Virus record (IMG/VR): IMGVR_UViG_3300044580_000088
Coordinates: 1-40,766 of that record
Source of the DNA: a virus
Taxonomy: Duplodnaviria > Caudoviricetes
Length of the DNA stretch: 40,766 bases
Reading direction: 5' to 3' (one strand)
The position numbers and the translations under genes are program-made. This document shows, piece by piece, positions 9,601 through 17,213 of this stretch. How positions within the stretch are numbered: position 1 is the stretch's first letter; the number at the start of each line of letters is the position of its first letter. The notes below the pieces were generated by a model. The model was not told where the DNA came from and searched no databases. It saw only the letters and a program-made list of their open reading frames with translations.

Positions 9601-10431
9601 GATCCCACCGGAAATGGCGGCATTCATCAGGAAATTGTAGTAGTCGGACTCCTTGACATCTCTGGCTCCGAACACTTCCTTTGTCAGGCGCTCTCTCAGT
9701 TCCGGATCAGCTTCGATTTCTGATCTCCTGCGTCCAGTAGCGGCCGCCAAGGCATCGATGGCGCTCGCTTGTGCCCTCATGGCACCTTGGTCCTGGAAAA
9801 GGCTCTTCAGCTTGTCCAGGGCCGTTTCAGGAGGAGTCGCACTAATAGCCTCTTGGGTGGTTGGCGGAGTGGTGATCGTCTGGAGGCGCTGTAACAGGGC
9901 TCGCTTCACAACATCCTCTGCCGATACCATGCCGTGCTTGGTGTCATAGGATACCGTCGCGATGGTGTTCTCGCCGCCCATGAATCCAAGGATCCGATTG
10001 ATGTAGTTCTCCGTCTCCACGGGCATGACGCCATGGTTGACTCTCTTCTGGCCGGCGTTGTAGGCCCACAATCCCTTTTCGACGCTGCCGCCGTTTTGTT
10101 CGATTAGTTTGCTGAGGTATCTCGCCCCGGCTAAGACGTTTTCGGATGGGTCATGCGCGTTGGTGACGCCGAGCTCCCTGGCCGTTTCTGGCATGATCTG
10201 CATGAGACCAACGGCCCCCTTTGGCGAGACGGCATTCGGATTGTAGCCTGATTCGGCTCTGATGACGGCGTGGATTAGTTCCGGGTCAAGCCCAGTCTCC
10301 TTTGCGGCGTAGTTGACGATTCCGTTGAAGGGACGTCCATCTGAACTTTCGTTGGCCCCGGATCCATAGATCTCCTCGTCTTTGACTCCGCGCCGGCGGA
10401 GAACTTCGCTGACGATATCAAAGCTGGACAT
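604..10431 (-). CDS. Giant polyvalent internal virion/DNA-ejection protein (SLT, clamp-like, PRTase, zincin peptidase, Cys-cluster domain, helical C-terminal domain)
   Basis: 3275 aa. SLT motifs AVIRAESGYNPNAVSPKGAVGLMQIMP and AYNAG; PRPP loop VIVDDVTTTGST; HHEAFH; CEMGCPQC. Last gene of the ejection cluster. Confidence 0.9.
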   Translation of the reverse strand: MSSFDIVSEVLRRRGVKDEEIYGSGANESSDGRPFNGIVNYAAKETGLDPELIHAVIRAESGYNPNAVSPKGAVGLMQIMPETARELGVTNAHDPSENVLAGARYLSKLIEQNGGSVEKGLWAYNAGQKRVNHGVMPVETENYINRILGFMGGENTIATVSYDTKHGMVSAEDVVKRALLQRLQTITTPPTTQEAISATPPETALDKLKSLFQDQGAMRAQASAIDALAAATGRRRSEIEADPELRERLTKEVFGARDVKESDYYNFLMNAAISGGILPIPTGPAGALKSHIWPTLKAIAGFTGLGEAESAAISAATGQPYEFLNQRGLSELLPEGAGKNVVALTEAIDFVAKGAALGFAGRKLGARWDKMSEPFKEKYLRERMESVAPGATIEIPAQRLRDYFTRGSKAHDAEFYNMMQDIGIPEGQARNAVLNGLTIELPATKLVKVADKPWWGQLKRALDIDPYARVTAEHMGPARARVSEVRGKRLAEPEPQVIHPLRDEVFPEAPLAPERERRWTHQPLESMRQSLEERSRVDRGFTMADAPFTLKGEPYSKDFILKQRARLSPEHQAKLDELMRRRRMVEGPAGRRLIEGPEAEAGRKLSAQGAAYEEGLAASVGRVQPNAAERLQISRLMAAGKKKEAEALAKWIAGGGAARKGIQDRISEEQFAEGQREALGSLPEVSIPTPQKETLKVVQNILARKAPEVSRETTPAPPAPRGLTDEQKKAAREKGKEEHAERLRQQADEIRKKIEDLKTRAHAVASSNRGKRAVHGKANLTRAQERHVLESEMAKRQPEISRLEAKLGKIERFLEGRGQNARRGSRYEGDNLKDLMATAEAEQAGRWEAIQGLIKAVEAAKGAKRNRLADELDALQDVYRATYNEIADAGGDARAMQEKIEGSKGPSGERGIRTKKVPASPMPEKKAGPESKEEIRRQDAAGGKVIEDPQIPAGVTIIERGKGAEASYTIKYPVIDSKGEKSTLIDFEYSRDKAIEKAIGTTKALKSNNQWAGPAETKKPEMADFERTKVELEEWARTYSGSVKKEFPGLPQEVADHIGAGIASDRMNLGSDYVTVKDHFVAVSAYLDRRGVPSGERRKVALEQLRKGVSLDTAIDVAKAPAPAAKAKKQAEQKPARNFSRSDLDDLAQKKHGKNFSALTPAEKRSLAEDGPIISTEISEKEVTDLAKKYTVDRDWDESLRLSSDKSGPYASNGHWLIIDEKIAKKLRDGYWRRQEQKAAKFFRKCEPDKTDDEIAKMAGEHVAKERKEYDPPNYAAVLPKEPGRELHYVMARVESPASQQAVFADAAGKTVAINADYLKLIRSHFPDARVSQVEDSKNQFSKPVQFRVDGELKAIVMPLRGDFEVPGATAKAEKYATRTPWTDRTAKAVIHTGYNKMRGHKDYEAAKSGDRKAAANLAMDLMNAEKVRALAMAYAGRSVVVYPVNAIEAGGINQIPLAMAAYISELTGWPVNTDVIQKNIVHHTGATAMERLMRQPEFGGKVTGELAVIVDDVTTTGSTLAGLKGYLENNGATVIGIHAMAQGTFGSNLKISLDTLGKLKENFKHDLPAVLETIYGEKVPPEGLTESEARTINANRDVLIERARAGKAPSAPERGAGGDATIHEESAGQATPVSYVQTELPGIIDPLDRILNEIIGIIERNPLPDSIAESQEAAHKAIRAAFPSAEIGPAELLQTERGPRWAFMLTMPNGTKVLVDWKSKIIINPVDYKAATGKDLRPGVVAAASWRQVGPHGILTYTDLSSPADTHHEAFHAAWDLVMTDGERKRLEEEFGSEEAAAEDYGNWAHEQAGKRERRERQTWLQNLYQRIRNFFQRLKEFFFPSFRTVYDKVSSGKIWERTARRDATEAGKTIFRDAADYAIRNFSGEKEVSVPAITDAIMASRPITKAMAQEFVRQARRAGVSEAGIRKAVEKFQQYNEIRKIGNFALLPKIEPSQVVIREGVLNTPAVTGIRRERLDKILYPAIREGKASAETGRLIEGGVERTAIPETARGLEPQVFLNLPITQPDLSRPRPANLSYPLMVTGNPHLTNFKRPDPSWDSVIRAVRVKPVLNGSPEVTRAVAKAINYAREIGAHVLITTYRAKHPWSLARFTNFVPTDPKHPEFGDWWIENPRPRGEDPRTWMDWTPWVPRKPDAMAALFRANGWDTAKNLYGPSSYNVLTIVNSRKKGLQGFKTREEAEAYLSSLKDEKAFIEERGGTWWWPTSRQLDAAVLDLIEPGPIEYCDLFHEGCPSCRNCQHLTYPDAAGAPIVGVTDEPFCEMGCPQCFLRLGNSGTRGRKGISMAQNAKQKGFGKPDLGDYYPQTIQILQGVARPSGSGLVDVSASFLKKSPVEQVELATSLLVSSAIKPKEHVTIVDEVLRAASDGLLELDPPAKYATRKPAAEGAPLSGTSLLRAWNRIKRGITVAPQKDISVIEELWHNPWFLSKKPGEEDLARLVSIELERNKSRTKAIHEDLEAVKPVFDLRGKKLDLLIELIWKLDGKQLQGVTASRFVWGKNAEGRPGIRALNQEHFDQMKAALEKTKYKDIADVYVALRKGLDRSLAKAFNAQSRMKDIEDSVIERLRKSIGQIPNYFPHVRYGNWSIRGYDAEGKIVYRSHYYDTPKVSTRGERLLAKIKPQYPEAVEWKIAPVTKLPDEIYDYPIPIEAMEQVIYAAAERVGDPAARQLFEKAMPEAIADVIKSRGWGAHMIRRRDIPGHEKRDIKRILHEYFAGLNGWLTKMEASRKHSEVLRDLRAKKEPRRWKYASDYVRDALSNADRLDAAADTLRTAIYVKYLAGVIKSGVVNLTQNVVAAVPRMSIDARWAGAMYLSAARKAIVGAITKGKRLSADELRVVTELVLEGVASDQFNQEIKGRIGTRIGNTLNRAVDVLGLTMALPERFNRISTGLAAYRIAKDGKIVNPDTLKRYGMEKGKPWPYEKAKAYAEEIVNDTHFVMGKANLPTWARGPSVGAKFGRSAYALQSFSHQYLQLLGWMAKQRRGYRAIMRSLLALLILGGISSLPFFGTISRISRRMLGRDPESAAREMVPESTGANRNLWRDLVVYGAPAALGVDISGSLSIEFHNPDNPVASLVGVPYSILIDDPAKAIEAYQYGDASRAVEAMAPRFIANAVAAARLYGEGAYTISGQPLTLPGESEARRISLPEAIGKAAGFQPLSSSKAWDINEKIEDLTKFVAAKRAKWASRYANAQRDGNQKEMDAVRNEVEAWNARVVTEGRPQLQVNLAGALRERGRPRRPSKPMRGLANELKGLYE

Positions 10432-10443
10432 GCGGCGGGCCCC

Positions 10444-11451
10444 CTATCGAGTGACTTTTCTGCGGACTACGGGTTCACCTCTATTCTTCATGGACTTCTT
10501 GAGTTCCTGGCCGAGGTCTGTTTCGTCCAAGGCCCAAGCGATCTCCTCTGGTGCCCACTTCTGCTTATAGGCCTCGAATATCATGTCCTCGAGTTCCTGG
10601 GTAGTCTTGGCTCCTCTCAGGTATTTGGTCAGGGGAGTCAGGGATCGTCCACCAGTCTCGTAGCGAGTCTTGTATCCAGCGTCGAGCCAGCGCAGATCCC
10701 GCTCCATGTCCTCTAGGAGATCGGCATAATCCTGTTTCTTTTCCGGCAGGACTCCCCCAGTAATCGGGTCCGTGAACATCTTCATCTTCATGCCGTAGTG
10801 TTGGCGGATGTCATCGCGCAACTTCGACTTGTCGCGCTTCTCCGGGGCGTTTGCCTTGGCGTTTGCGGCCCTTTCTTTGAGCATGGCGGCCACCTTGGCA
10901 AGCTCAAGCCTCTCGGCCATGGATGCCTCCATCAGGCGCTGCTTTGCATCGTAGAGCTGGGCAAGTTGATCGGCCTTGATTTCGCTTGCTGATCTAGGTA
11001 CGAGATATTCTCTCCTTGTCGTCGGAGAAGCGATCGCTGTCACGCCCGGGACGCCGGATTGGGCCGCGTCGATCTGGGATGGGGTCAGGGGTCTTTCCTG
11101 GCCGGGAGCCACGATTTCCCTGAAAGGAAGATCTGATCCCGTGATCTCGCGGAACGCCTTGTTGGCCTCCTCCATGGGGACTTGGGGATCGAAGCCTCCT
11201 CCTTGGTCTTTTGCCTCTGCCGCCATCTTAAGAGCGTTCTCAAGCTTAAACTTGAGATTCTCCCTGCGCGTCTTCTCGATGTCCTTTTGGAGCATCAGCT
11301 CCTTCAGCTTCCTGTAGTCCTCGAGCTTCTCCATCTCCAGCTTGTGGTCCATGACCTTGAGGGCCAGCGCAACCGTTCCCTTTGCCGGGCCCTCCATGAG
11401 GCCCTCCTTGAGGCCGGATATGAACGGGGTCTGCGGCTGCATGTACTGCAT
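10444..11451 (-). CDS. Putative internal virion/ejection protein (helical, charged)
   Basis: 335 aa, coiled-coil-like, SD GGAGG, directly upstream of the giant ejection gene. Confidence 0.65.
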   Translation of the reverse strand: MQYMQPQTPFISGLKEGLMEGPAKGTVALALKVMDHKLEMEKLEDYRKLKELMLQKDIEKTRRENLKFKLENALKMAAEAKDQGGGFDPQVPMEEANKAFREITGSDLPFREIVAPGQERPLTPSQIDAAQSGVPGVTAIASPTTRREYLVPRSASEIKADQLAQLYDAKQRLMEASMAERLELAKVAAMLKERAANAKANAPEKRDKSKLRDDIRQHYGMKMKMFTDPITGGVLPEKKQDYADLLEDMERDLRWLDAGYKTRYETGGRSLTPLTKYLRGAKTTQELEDMIFEAYKQKWAPEEIAWALDETDLGQELKKSMKNRGEPVVRRKVTR

Positions 11452-11460
11452 AGCGACCTC

Positions 11461-12036
11461 CTACGAAATGAAGCGATTTGCGGCCAGCGACCGAAGGAAT
11501 CTCCCGAAGCCCGTCGGCGCATTCTCGGTGCCGGGGCCCTGCGGGAGCGCGCCGCCCATGACGCGCATCAGGCTTGCCAGGATGCCGTCAGGGGTCATTT
11601 GCCGCTTCGGGAACACGATGCTCCCGATACTCTGGCTGGACGGGGCCTCAACGGGAGGCGGCGCGGGGGCCGCCGGCGTTGCCGGCGAAGGTTCGGCAGG
11701 CGTCACTCGCGGCGTCGCCGGGGCATTGGGGTCTGTCGCCCCGCCTCCGTAGATGTATTTTCCCGTCCGGTTGTCGAAAACCCTATAGCCTCCGCCGGGC
11801 AGTTGTTCCGGAGCGCCAAGGCCGCCGATAATGTCAGTCGGCCCCTTTCCTGATGCTGCCGGCGCATTGCTGCCCTGCGGCACGCCGGCATTCCCGGCCG
11901 GAAGGGCCTGCAGGGCCGAGTCGCGCACAAGCGTCGCGATGGGGATGATGTTCTTCCCCCATCCGATGGGTTGGCCAAACGACGGATCTTGAACCATCTG
12001 CGGAATGAGCTTCGTGAGGCTTGTAAAAAAACCCAT
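11461..12036 (-). CDS. Putative ejection/virion protein, Pro/Ala-rich
   Basis: Start MGFF at 12036 after AGGAGGTG; lies within the ejection cluster. Confidence 0.6.
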   Translation of the reverse strand: MGFFTSLTKLIPQMVQDPSFGQPIGWGKNIIPIATLVRDSALQALPAGNAGVPQGSNAPAASGKGPTDIIGGLGAPEQLPGGGYRVFDNRTGKYIYGGGATDPNAPATPRVTPAEPSPATPAAPAPPPVEAPSSQSIGSIVFPKRQMTPDGILASLMRVMGGALPQGPGTENAPTGFGRFLRSLAANRFIS

Positions 12037-12048
12037 GGCGTTCACCTC

Positions 12049-13053
12049 CTATGCGGCGCCAAGGATGCTTTTCAGCATCGTCCAGTTGAGCAGTTGCGAT
12101 CCGGCGCTTCCAGCCAGATTCGCCAAAGAGTCCAGGAACCGCCACCCGCCGCTCTGGGTCGGAGATGCAGCCGTGGCCCAAGCCCTAAGAACTTCCGGGC
12201 TAAGATTGGACGGCTCGTAGGTGGAGTAGAGCTTTTTCACGGCTTCGCCCATGGCTTCCGAGTAGGCCTCGTCACCTAGGCGCTCGTACTCTCCTCCGCC
12301 TGTGCCTCTGGCAGCCAAGCTCGCTCCTGCCCTATTCCTGCGCCCTTGGAGCATCGTCTGCAGTTCACTCTGGACCCCCTTCATGTATTCGCCCCTCTTC
12401 TCCGGCGTCCAGGTGACCTCGCCAACGTAGCGGTTAGTTGCGTTCTCCAAGGCTTCTTTCGTCTTTTCCTCCATGCTCGCCTTGTTGAATCCGCTCAGAA
12501 GGTCAGCTCCCAGACCGAGGCCTAGTGTCGGCAGGATCCAGCTTGATAACCCGGACCCAAACCCTCCGGCTCCGGCGCTTACTGCAGGAAGGTTCACGGC
12601 CAACCCGCCTGTGCCTGAAGTGAGTGCTCCAGAGGTAAGGCCGATTGTGCTTAGTGAACTCGGCAGGGCTGCTTTGCCTCCGAACCACATGGAGTCTCCG
12701 GGGCCGAACAGCGACAGGAGGCTCCCGGATCCGCTTGTTCCTGTTCCGATGCCAGTAGCCTCGGCAAGATATGGCAGCCCGAAGTAAGATCCGGCCGCAA
12801 TTGCTGCCAACTCCGGCCCTGAGAGCCCATGGATTTCCTTTGGGATGGCTCTCTTGATTTCCCTGGGAACGATGTTCAGGTCACCCAGATCCTTCCCACC
12901 AATGAGAAACTCTACTGGCTCCTGAACAAATGGGCGGATCTCCTTTGGTATGGCGTTGTGCAGGAACCCTTCCACCGGCTTCGTGACGGTGTTCACGACA
13001 TTTCTGATTTCCTTCGGAACTATGGAGTGGATGACGGACTTAAAAAACCCCAT
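12049..13053 (-). CDS. Putative DNA-pilot/ejection protein with Gly-rich hydrophobic segments
   Basis: 334 aa; G/L/S-rich membrane-like stretch, ASLAARGTGGG motif, SD AGGAGG. Confidence 0.65.
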   Translation of the reverse strand: MGFFKSVIHSIVPKEIRNVVNTVTKPVEGFLHNAIPKEIRPFVQEPVEFLIGGKDLGDLNIVPREIKRAIPKEIHGLSGPELAAIAAGSYFGLPYLAEATGIGTGTSGSGSLLSLFGPGDSMWFGGKAALPSSLSTIGLTSGALTSGTGGLAVNLPAVSAGAGGFGSGLSSWILPTLGLGLGADLLSGFNKASMEEKTKEALENATNRYVGEVTWTPEKRGEYMKGVQSELQTMLQGRRNRAGASLAARGTGGGEYERLGDEAYSEAMGEAVKKLYSTYEPSNLSPEVLRAWATAASPTQSGGWRFLDSLANLAGSAGSQLLNWTMLKSILGAA

Positions 13054-13070
13054 GGCTCACCTCCTGTCGG

Positions 13071-15626
13071 CTAGTCTTCAACGATATCAAACAAAACGTC
13101 CCATGGCATGTAGACCTTGGGCATATATGTATAACCGACGGATTCCCCAGGGTCGCTGACGAAGGTCACGACTATCCGATACGTCTTGCAGCGGGTGTTC
13201 GGCGGGAACGGTATTTCTCCCTTTCCCTCTGTCGTCACCGACCAGTAGGCTATCCCGGATTGACCCCACTTCACCGTGGTAGTGTCTCCGTCCAGGTATA
13301 CGGCGATCCTGGCCTCGCTGTACGGATAGGAACCTCCCCCCGCGCTGTATTTGCCTGGGAAAATGTTGTACCGGAGCTTCTTGAGGACTTTGGTCATGTT
13401 GGCCAGCCTCTGTTCCCCTCCGTTGCGTCGAGGAAAGTACAGGGTCATGCCGGTTGATTGCTCTTCTGTAGAAGAAGTGAATATCCCCGGGTCTGCCAGT
13501 ACATACCCGGAAGCTGTTCCGAATATCTTACCGGAATTTTCCTTGGCTGCATGAGGCTTGACAGCCTCAACGCACGAGAATTCCCCGTATGTTGTGTCAT
13601 CGTATCCTTGGAAGTTAGCCACGCGGATCTCCGGATACCTTGAAAGGTCAAGCATCAATGAGTACCCAGTACCCACGCCGGATATCAAAAGCATTGACCC
13701 TGCTCTGCGGAGTCGTGTCTGGTCCGTCAACGAAAGATCGCGCATAATTCCGTCGATTTGCGGAGAACCTACTCGCACAGCGTTGTCGCCATCGAACACA
13801 TAGAGCCCAGGATATCCGGCATCGTCCCTGGAAATAAATACGATTCCGAATGGCTTTTCCATGAGGCAGACCCATTCCGGATGCTCAGGGCCTATAGTGG
13901 CGCTTGTCTTTTTCATAGACCATGTTGTTGGATCCTCGCCAGCCTTCTTGATCCATCCTCGGGAGTAGCCGATGTAAAGGGTCGTGCCCCAGCTCACGAG
14001 GGCCGTGATGGACTCAAGGCTACCCATGGCGACTGGGCGGATGTCGTTCCAGTTGGTAGCTTTCGTGGCTATCGGAATAATTGTCTCATTATCCGCTCCC
14101 GTGTGCCCGTAGGCTGCCTCAGAGTAATTTAGGCGCCATGGGTATTGATAATCTGCCTCGTAATACCTGCCATAGTGGAATGCGAAGATGTGCCCGTACC
14201 CCATAGGCCTGAAATTTTTGACGTCGCATACTCCGTTTGCGATGAGGCTTGAGTCTGACAGATCGTCAGTATAGGTTTCAGTAGTGTTGTCAGTAATTGT
14301 CGCCACATAGTAGATGTCCGCAAGAGTTCCGCCTGAACCAGGTCCACGGTACAGCTTCCGGTGAATCGTGGGGGGCGTGGATCCAGTAGCCGCGATGGCC
14401 GCGACGACGGCCTTCGGGATGTTAGACCATGAGATCTTTTGGCTAGTCACGGTGACGTCTGAGGATCCATTGCAAAGCCCCGTCTCATACTTCATGCCGT
14501 TTGGATAGGTGATGAGATAGCTGACGTAGAGCTTGTATGTGCCATTTGGATTGCCACCTGCTCCGGCCGCTCCGGACGGTGAGGATCCTGGAGCCGAGAT
14601 GATCGGAAAGTATGCGTTTCCGGAGGCGTCCAGCATCAGGTTGTTCGTCTCGGCGTAGGAATAGACTACCGTTTCATCGAATGAAACGACCAAGACTGGC
14701 CGGTAACTTCCAGTTGTGTCAGCTCCTCCTGAAAATCGAATGTTATTAAACGAGGATCCATCGTCCTTGATCACGGCCATGACTGCATTCCCAGAGCTCC
14801 ATCCAGATCGATTCACAATTTCCTGAAGAATGGTTTTCAGTTCGGGAGTGTTGTGGGCCGAGTTCTCTTCTCCCCAGCTCTCGACGTTGTGCCAGACAAC
14901 GGCACTTGTTAGTGCTAACGCGTTTGCTTCCGAAGTGTTTGTCGGGGCCGTAGCATTGTCAACATTGTTGAAATAGACTTTGGCGTTCACGTTGGATCCG
15001 ACGCTGATATCCATGTAGGCATACAAGGTGATGTGCGCGCTATTGATGATCGAACCTTTCGGAATGGCAACAGCAGGGAAGCGTATGAATGCATGGCGAA
15101 TAATGCCCCAGTTGTCCTGTCCGAAAGAGAAATAGGCTCCTCCAGGGAAGAATGATCCGCTCGGGTTCCAATAGCCAGCGTCAAACCATCCATCGGAACT
15201 GGAAGCCACGGAAACGGATCCTGGGACAAGGACCGTAGCGTACACGCCGTTTTGTGGATAATAGTTCTTCAAGAAAAGGAACTTCTTGTAATACCCGCTT
15301 GTTAGGTACTGTCCATAGGTCATCGTGTGCTTTTCGCTGAATGATCCGGACGCGAACAGCTTGTGGTATATCTTTGAGTTCGACAAGATGAAGCAACTCG
15401 TTGATAGCGCCCAGATCCCATAGATTGGATACCCTGTTGCTGATGGGTCCGCAACATTGAGAGCCGCCCGCGCCTCGAGTTCACCGTCTTTACGGCAAAA
15501 GAAGTTATTTGAGAGTTTACTGACCCCGTAAATATCCTCTTTGTGTGGCAGGAACCCTGGGGCCAGTAGTTCTTCGGAGGCCTCGCACCCGATCCCTTTG
15601 TGTAAGTAGAGCTGCTCGATCTGCAT
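13071..15626 (-). CDS. Tail nozzle/stabilisation-type protein with inserted beta-sandwich domains
   Basis: 851 aa, beta-rich, follows the adaptor gene. Internal AFIRF...IPKGSIINSAHITLY...RPVLVV module and an Ig/FN3-like YKLYVSY...HRKLYR...YTD module. Confidence 0.6.
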   Translation of the reverse strand: MQIEQLYLHKGIGCEASEELLAPGFLPHKEDIYGVSKLSNNFFCRKDGELEARAALNVADPSATGYPIYGIWALSTSCFILSNSKIYHKLFASGSFSEKHTMTYGQYLTSGYYKKFLFLKNYYPQNGVYATVLVPGSVSVASSSDGWFDAGYWNPSGSFFPGGAYFSFGQDNWGIIRHAFIRFPAVAIPKGSIINSAHITLYAYMDISVGSNVNAKVYFNNVDNATAPTNTSEANALALTSAVVWHNVESWGEENSAHNTPELKTILQEIVNRSGWSSGNAVMAVIKDDGSSFNNIRFSGGADTTGSYRPVLVVSFDETVVYSYAETNNLMLDASGNAYFPIISAPGSSPSGAAGAGGNPNGTYKLYVSYLITYPNGMKYETGLCNGSSDVTVTSQKISWSNIPKAVVAAIAATGSTPPTIHRKLYRGPGSGGTLADIYYVATITDNTTETYTDDLSDSSLIANGVCDVKNFRPMGYGHIFAFHYGRYYEADYQYPWRLNYSEAAYGHTGADNETIIPIATKATNWNDIRPVAMGSLESITALVSWGTTLYIGYSRGWIKKAGEDPTTWSMKKTSATIGPEHPEWVCLMEKPFGIVFISRDDAGYPGLYVFDGDNAVRVGSPQIDGIMRDLSLTDQTRLRRAGSMLLISGVGTGYSLMLDLSRYPEIRVANFQGYDDTTYGEFSCVEAVKPHAAKENSGKIFGTASGYVLADPGIFTSSTEEQSTGMTLYFPRRNGGEQRLANMTKVLKKLRYNIFPGKYSAGGGSYPYSEARIAVYLDGDTTTVKWGQSGIAYWSVTTEGKGEIPFPPNTRCKTYRIVVTFVSDPGESVGYTYMPKVYMPWDVLFDIVED

Positions 15627-15629
15627 CTC

Positions 15630-16757
15630 CTACCTCTTGAGCGGAGAGATGGAAACTATTTTTTCCTTGAACGGCCGTCGGTCCTTTTTCTCCTTGGCCT
15701 GGGATACGGCTGACTGGTAGAGCTCCTCGTAGTAGACGGCCCGCTCAAACTCCTTTGATGCCTGGTTGAATGTCCTCAGCAGGTCGCTAACCACTCCCCA
15801 ATACAGAGCTTTGTGGTAATTTCGCGGAATCTCTGGATAGGTGTAGTCATTTCCCTGGCTTGCGTCTGCCGCCGTTTCGTCCCATTTGAACTGCACGGGG
15901 AACGGGACGTACTCGATGAGGAGCGTAGAGGCCGGGACGGTGATGTCGCCCAGGGCCCCGTGACGGTATCCGTAGATGTAGACCTCGCGCTCGTGGTCGA
16001 CCCGGACCGCATACTCGCCGGCCAGGACAACGTAGAGGTCGCCGGCCTGAAACGTATTGAGCGTTCCGCCCGTGAACCCGGCCGCACAGGTAATCGTGTT
16101 CGTCGCGACGCCGGTGATCAGGCCGTAGCAGCCGTCCGTGATGTTCCGGATCCACATGCCGGCCGCCAGGCCATAGTCCGTGAAGGTTGTAGCGGAATCC
16201 TGGCAGGTCGTCGATGACCCTGCCGTCGCGGTGCCGTAGATCGACTGCTGCGTGGTGCCGAGCGCCGTGCTGACCGCGATGCCGGTGTCGTCACCCGTGG
16301 CATAGGCCGTCCCCGTGGTGTCCGGCGGAGGGTAGACGCCGATCAGCGGGATCGAGCCGTATGACCCCCCGTGGTAGACCAGCTCCGGGTCCGAATTTTC
16401 GGCCGTCAGCCAGCCGTTGCGGTTGGCGTCCAGCCAGTCGATGTCCCGGACATCGAGATCAACATAGACTGTCGACGAGCTGAAAAACTTGGCGTTAATG
16501 ACGCCATCGTCAATGCAGTTCGCGGGCAGCCTGTAAAGCCGCTGGCCGGCGATCATGGGGATCAGGGCCATCCGTCGCAGGCAATGCGTCTCCTGAACAA
16601 AAGCGTTCTGCCTGTCATTGAGCTTCTGGCGGATGAGCCATTTGGGATAGACCGAATAGCTGACGGTGGTGCCCGATACCTGGCCCATTTCCCATAGCAC
16701 CAGCCTCTCGAGGACATCCAGGTGCAGTCCTCCGTAGACTCCTGCCGTGTTCGCCAT
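15630..16757 (-). CDS. Head-tail adaptor protein
   Basis: AGQRLYRLP, IGVYPPP and PEIPRNYHKALYWG motifs typical of podovirus adaptors; position after the capsid genes. Confidence 0.7.
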   Translation of the reverse strand: MANTAGVYGGLHLDVLERLVLWEMGQVSGTTVSYSVYPKWLIRQKLNDRQNAFVQETHCLRRMALIPMIAGQRLYRLPANCIDDGVINAKFFSSSTVYVDLDVRDIDWLDANRNGWLTAENSDPELVYHGGSYGSIPLIGVYPPPDTTGTAYATGDDTGIAVSTALGTTQQSIYGTATAGSSTTCQDSATTFTDYGLAAGMWIRNITDGCYGLITGVATNTITCAAGFTGGTLNTFQAGDLYVVLAGEYAVRVDHEREVYIYGYRHGALGDITVPASTLLIEYVPFPVQFKWDETAADASQGNDYTYPEIPRNYHKALYWGVVSDLLRTFNQASKEFERAVYYEELYQSAVSQAKEKKDRRPFKEKIVSISPLKR

Positions 16758-16760
16758 CTG

Positions 16761-17213
16761 CTAGCTCCTCTCGGGCTGCCCCGGCCCGAAGATGTTGTCC
16801 CTGTACTCGTCCAGATCGATATCTTCCGGGAGGATGCCCTTTTCCAGCCGATCCTTCCCGGTGACCTTCCTGCCGGCACGCCTGTCGATCCAGATCTTCG
16901 AGATCTCGGAATCCTTCGTCGACGTTTTGTAAATCTTGTAGGCATCGCCGGCCGCCCAGACGTTGGCCGATCCCCCGGACAGGGCGCAGGTCACGGTGTG
17001 CTCGTCCTGGGAGACGGCCGTGACGGCGCCGTGGGAACCGTCCGTTGCGTTCTCGCAGTACAGGGAGAGGTTCGGATCCACGCCGCAACTGCGAAACTCC
17101 TGGGTGCGGTCCGTGAACGTGCTGGTTCCGCCGACCTGAACGATTCCTTCCGCCAAGGGGTCGGAGTCGAGATGGATTTCGGAGGCCGCCCCTCCGGATC
17201 TGCGGACGCTCAT
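16761..17213 (-). CDS. Virion protein sharing a module with the adaptor
   Basis: 150 aa; NATDGSHGAVTAV...GGSANVWAAGDAYKI. Confidence 0.7.
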   Translation of the reverse strand: MSVRRSGGAASEIHLDSDPLAEGIVQVGGTSTFTDRTQEFRSCGVDPNLSLYCENATDGSHGAVTAVSQDEHTVTCALSGGSANVWAAGDAYKIYKTSTKDSEISKIWIDRRAGRKVTGKDRLEKGILPEDIDLDEYRDNIFGPGQPERS

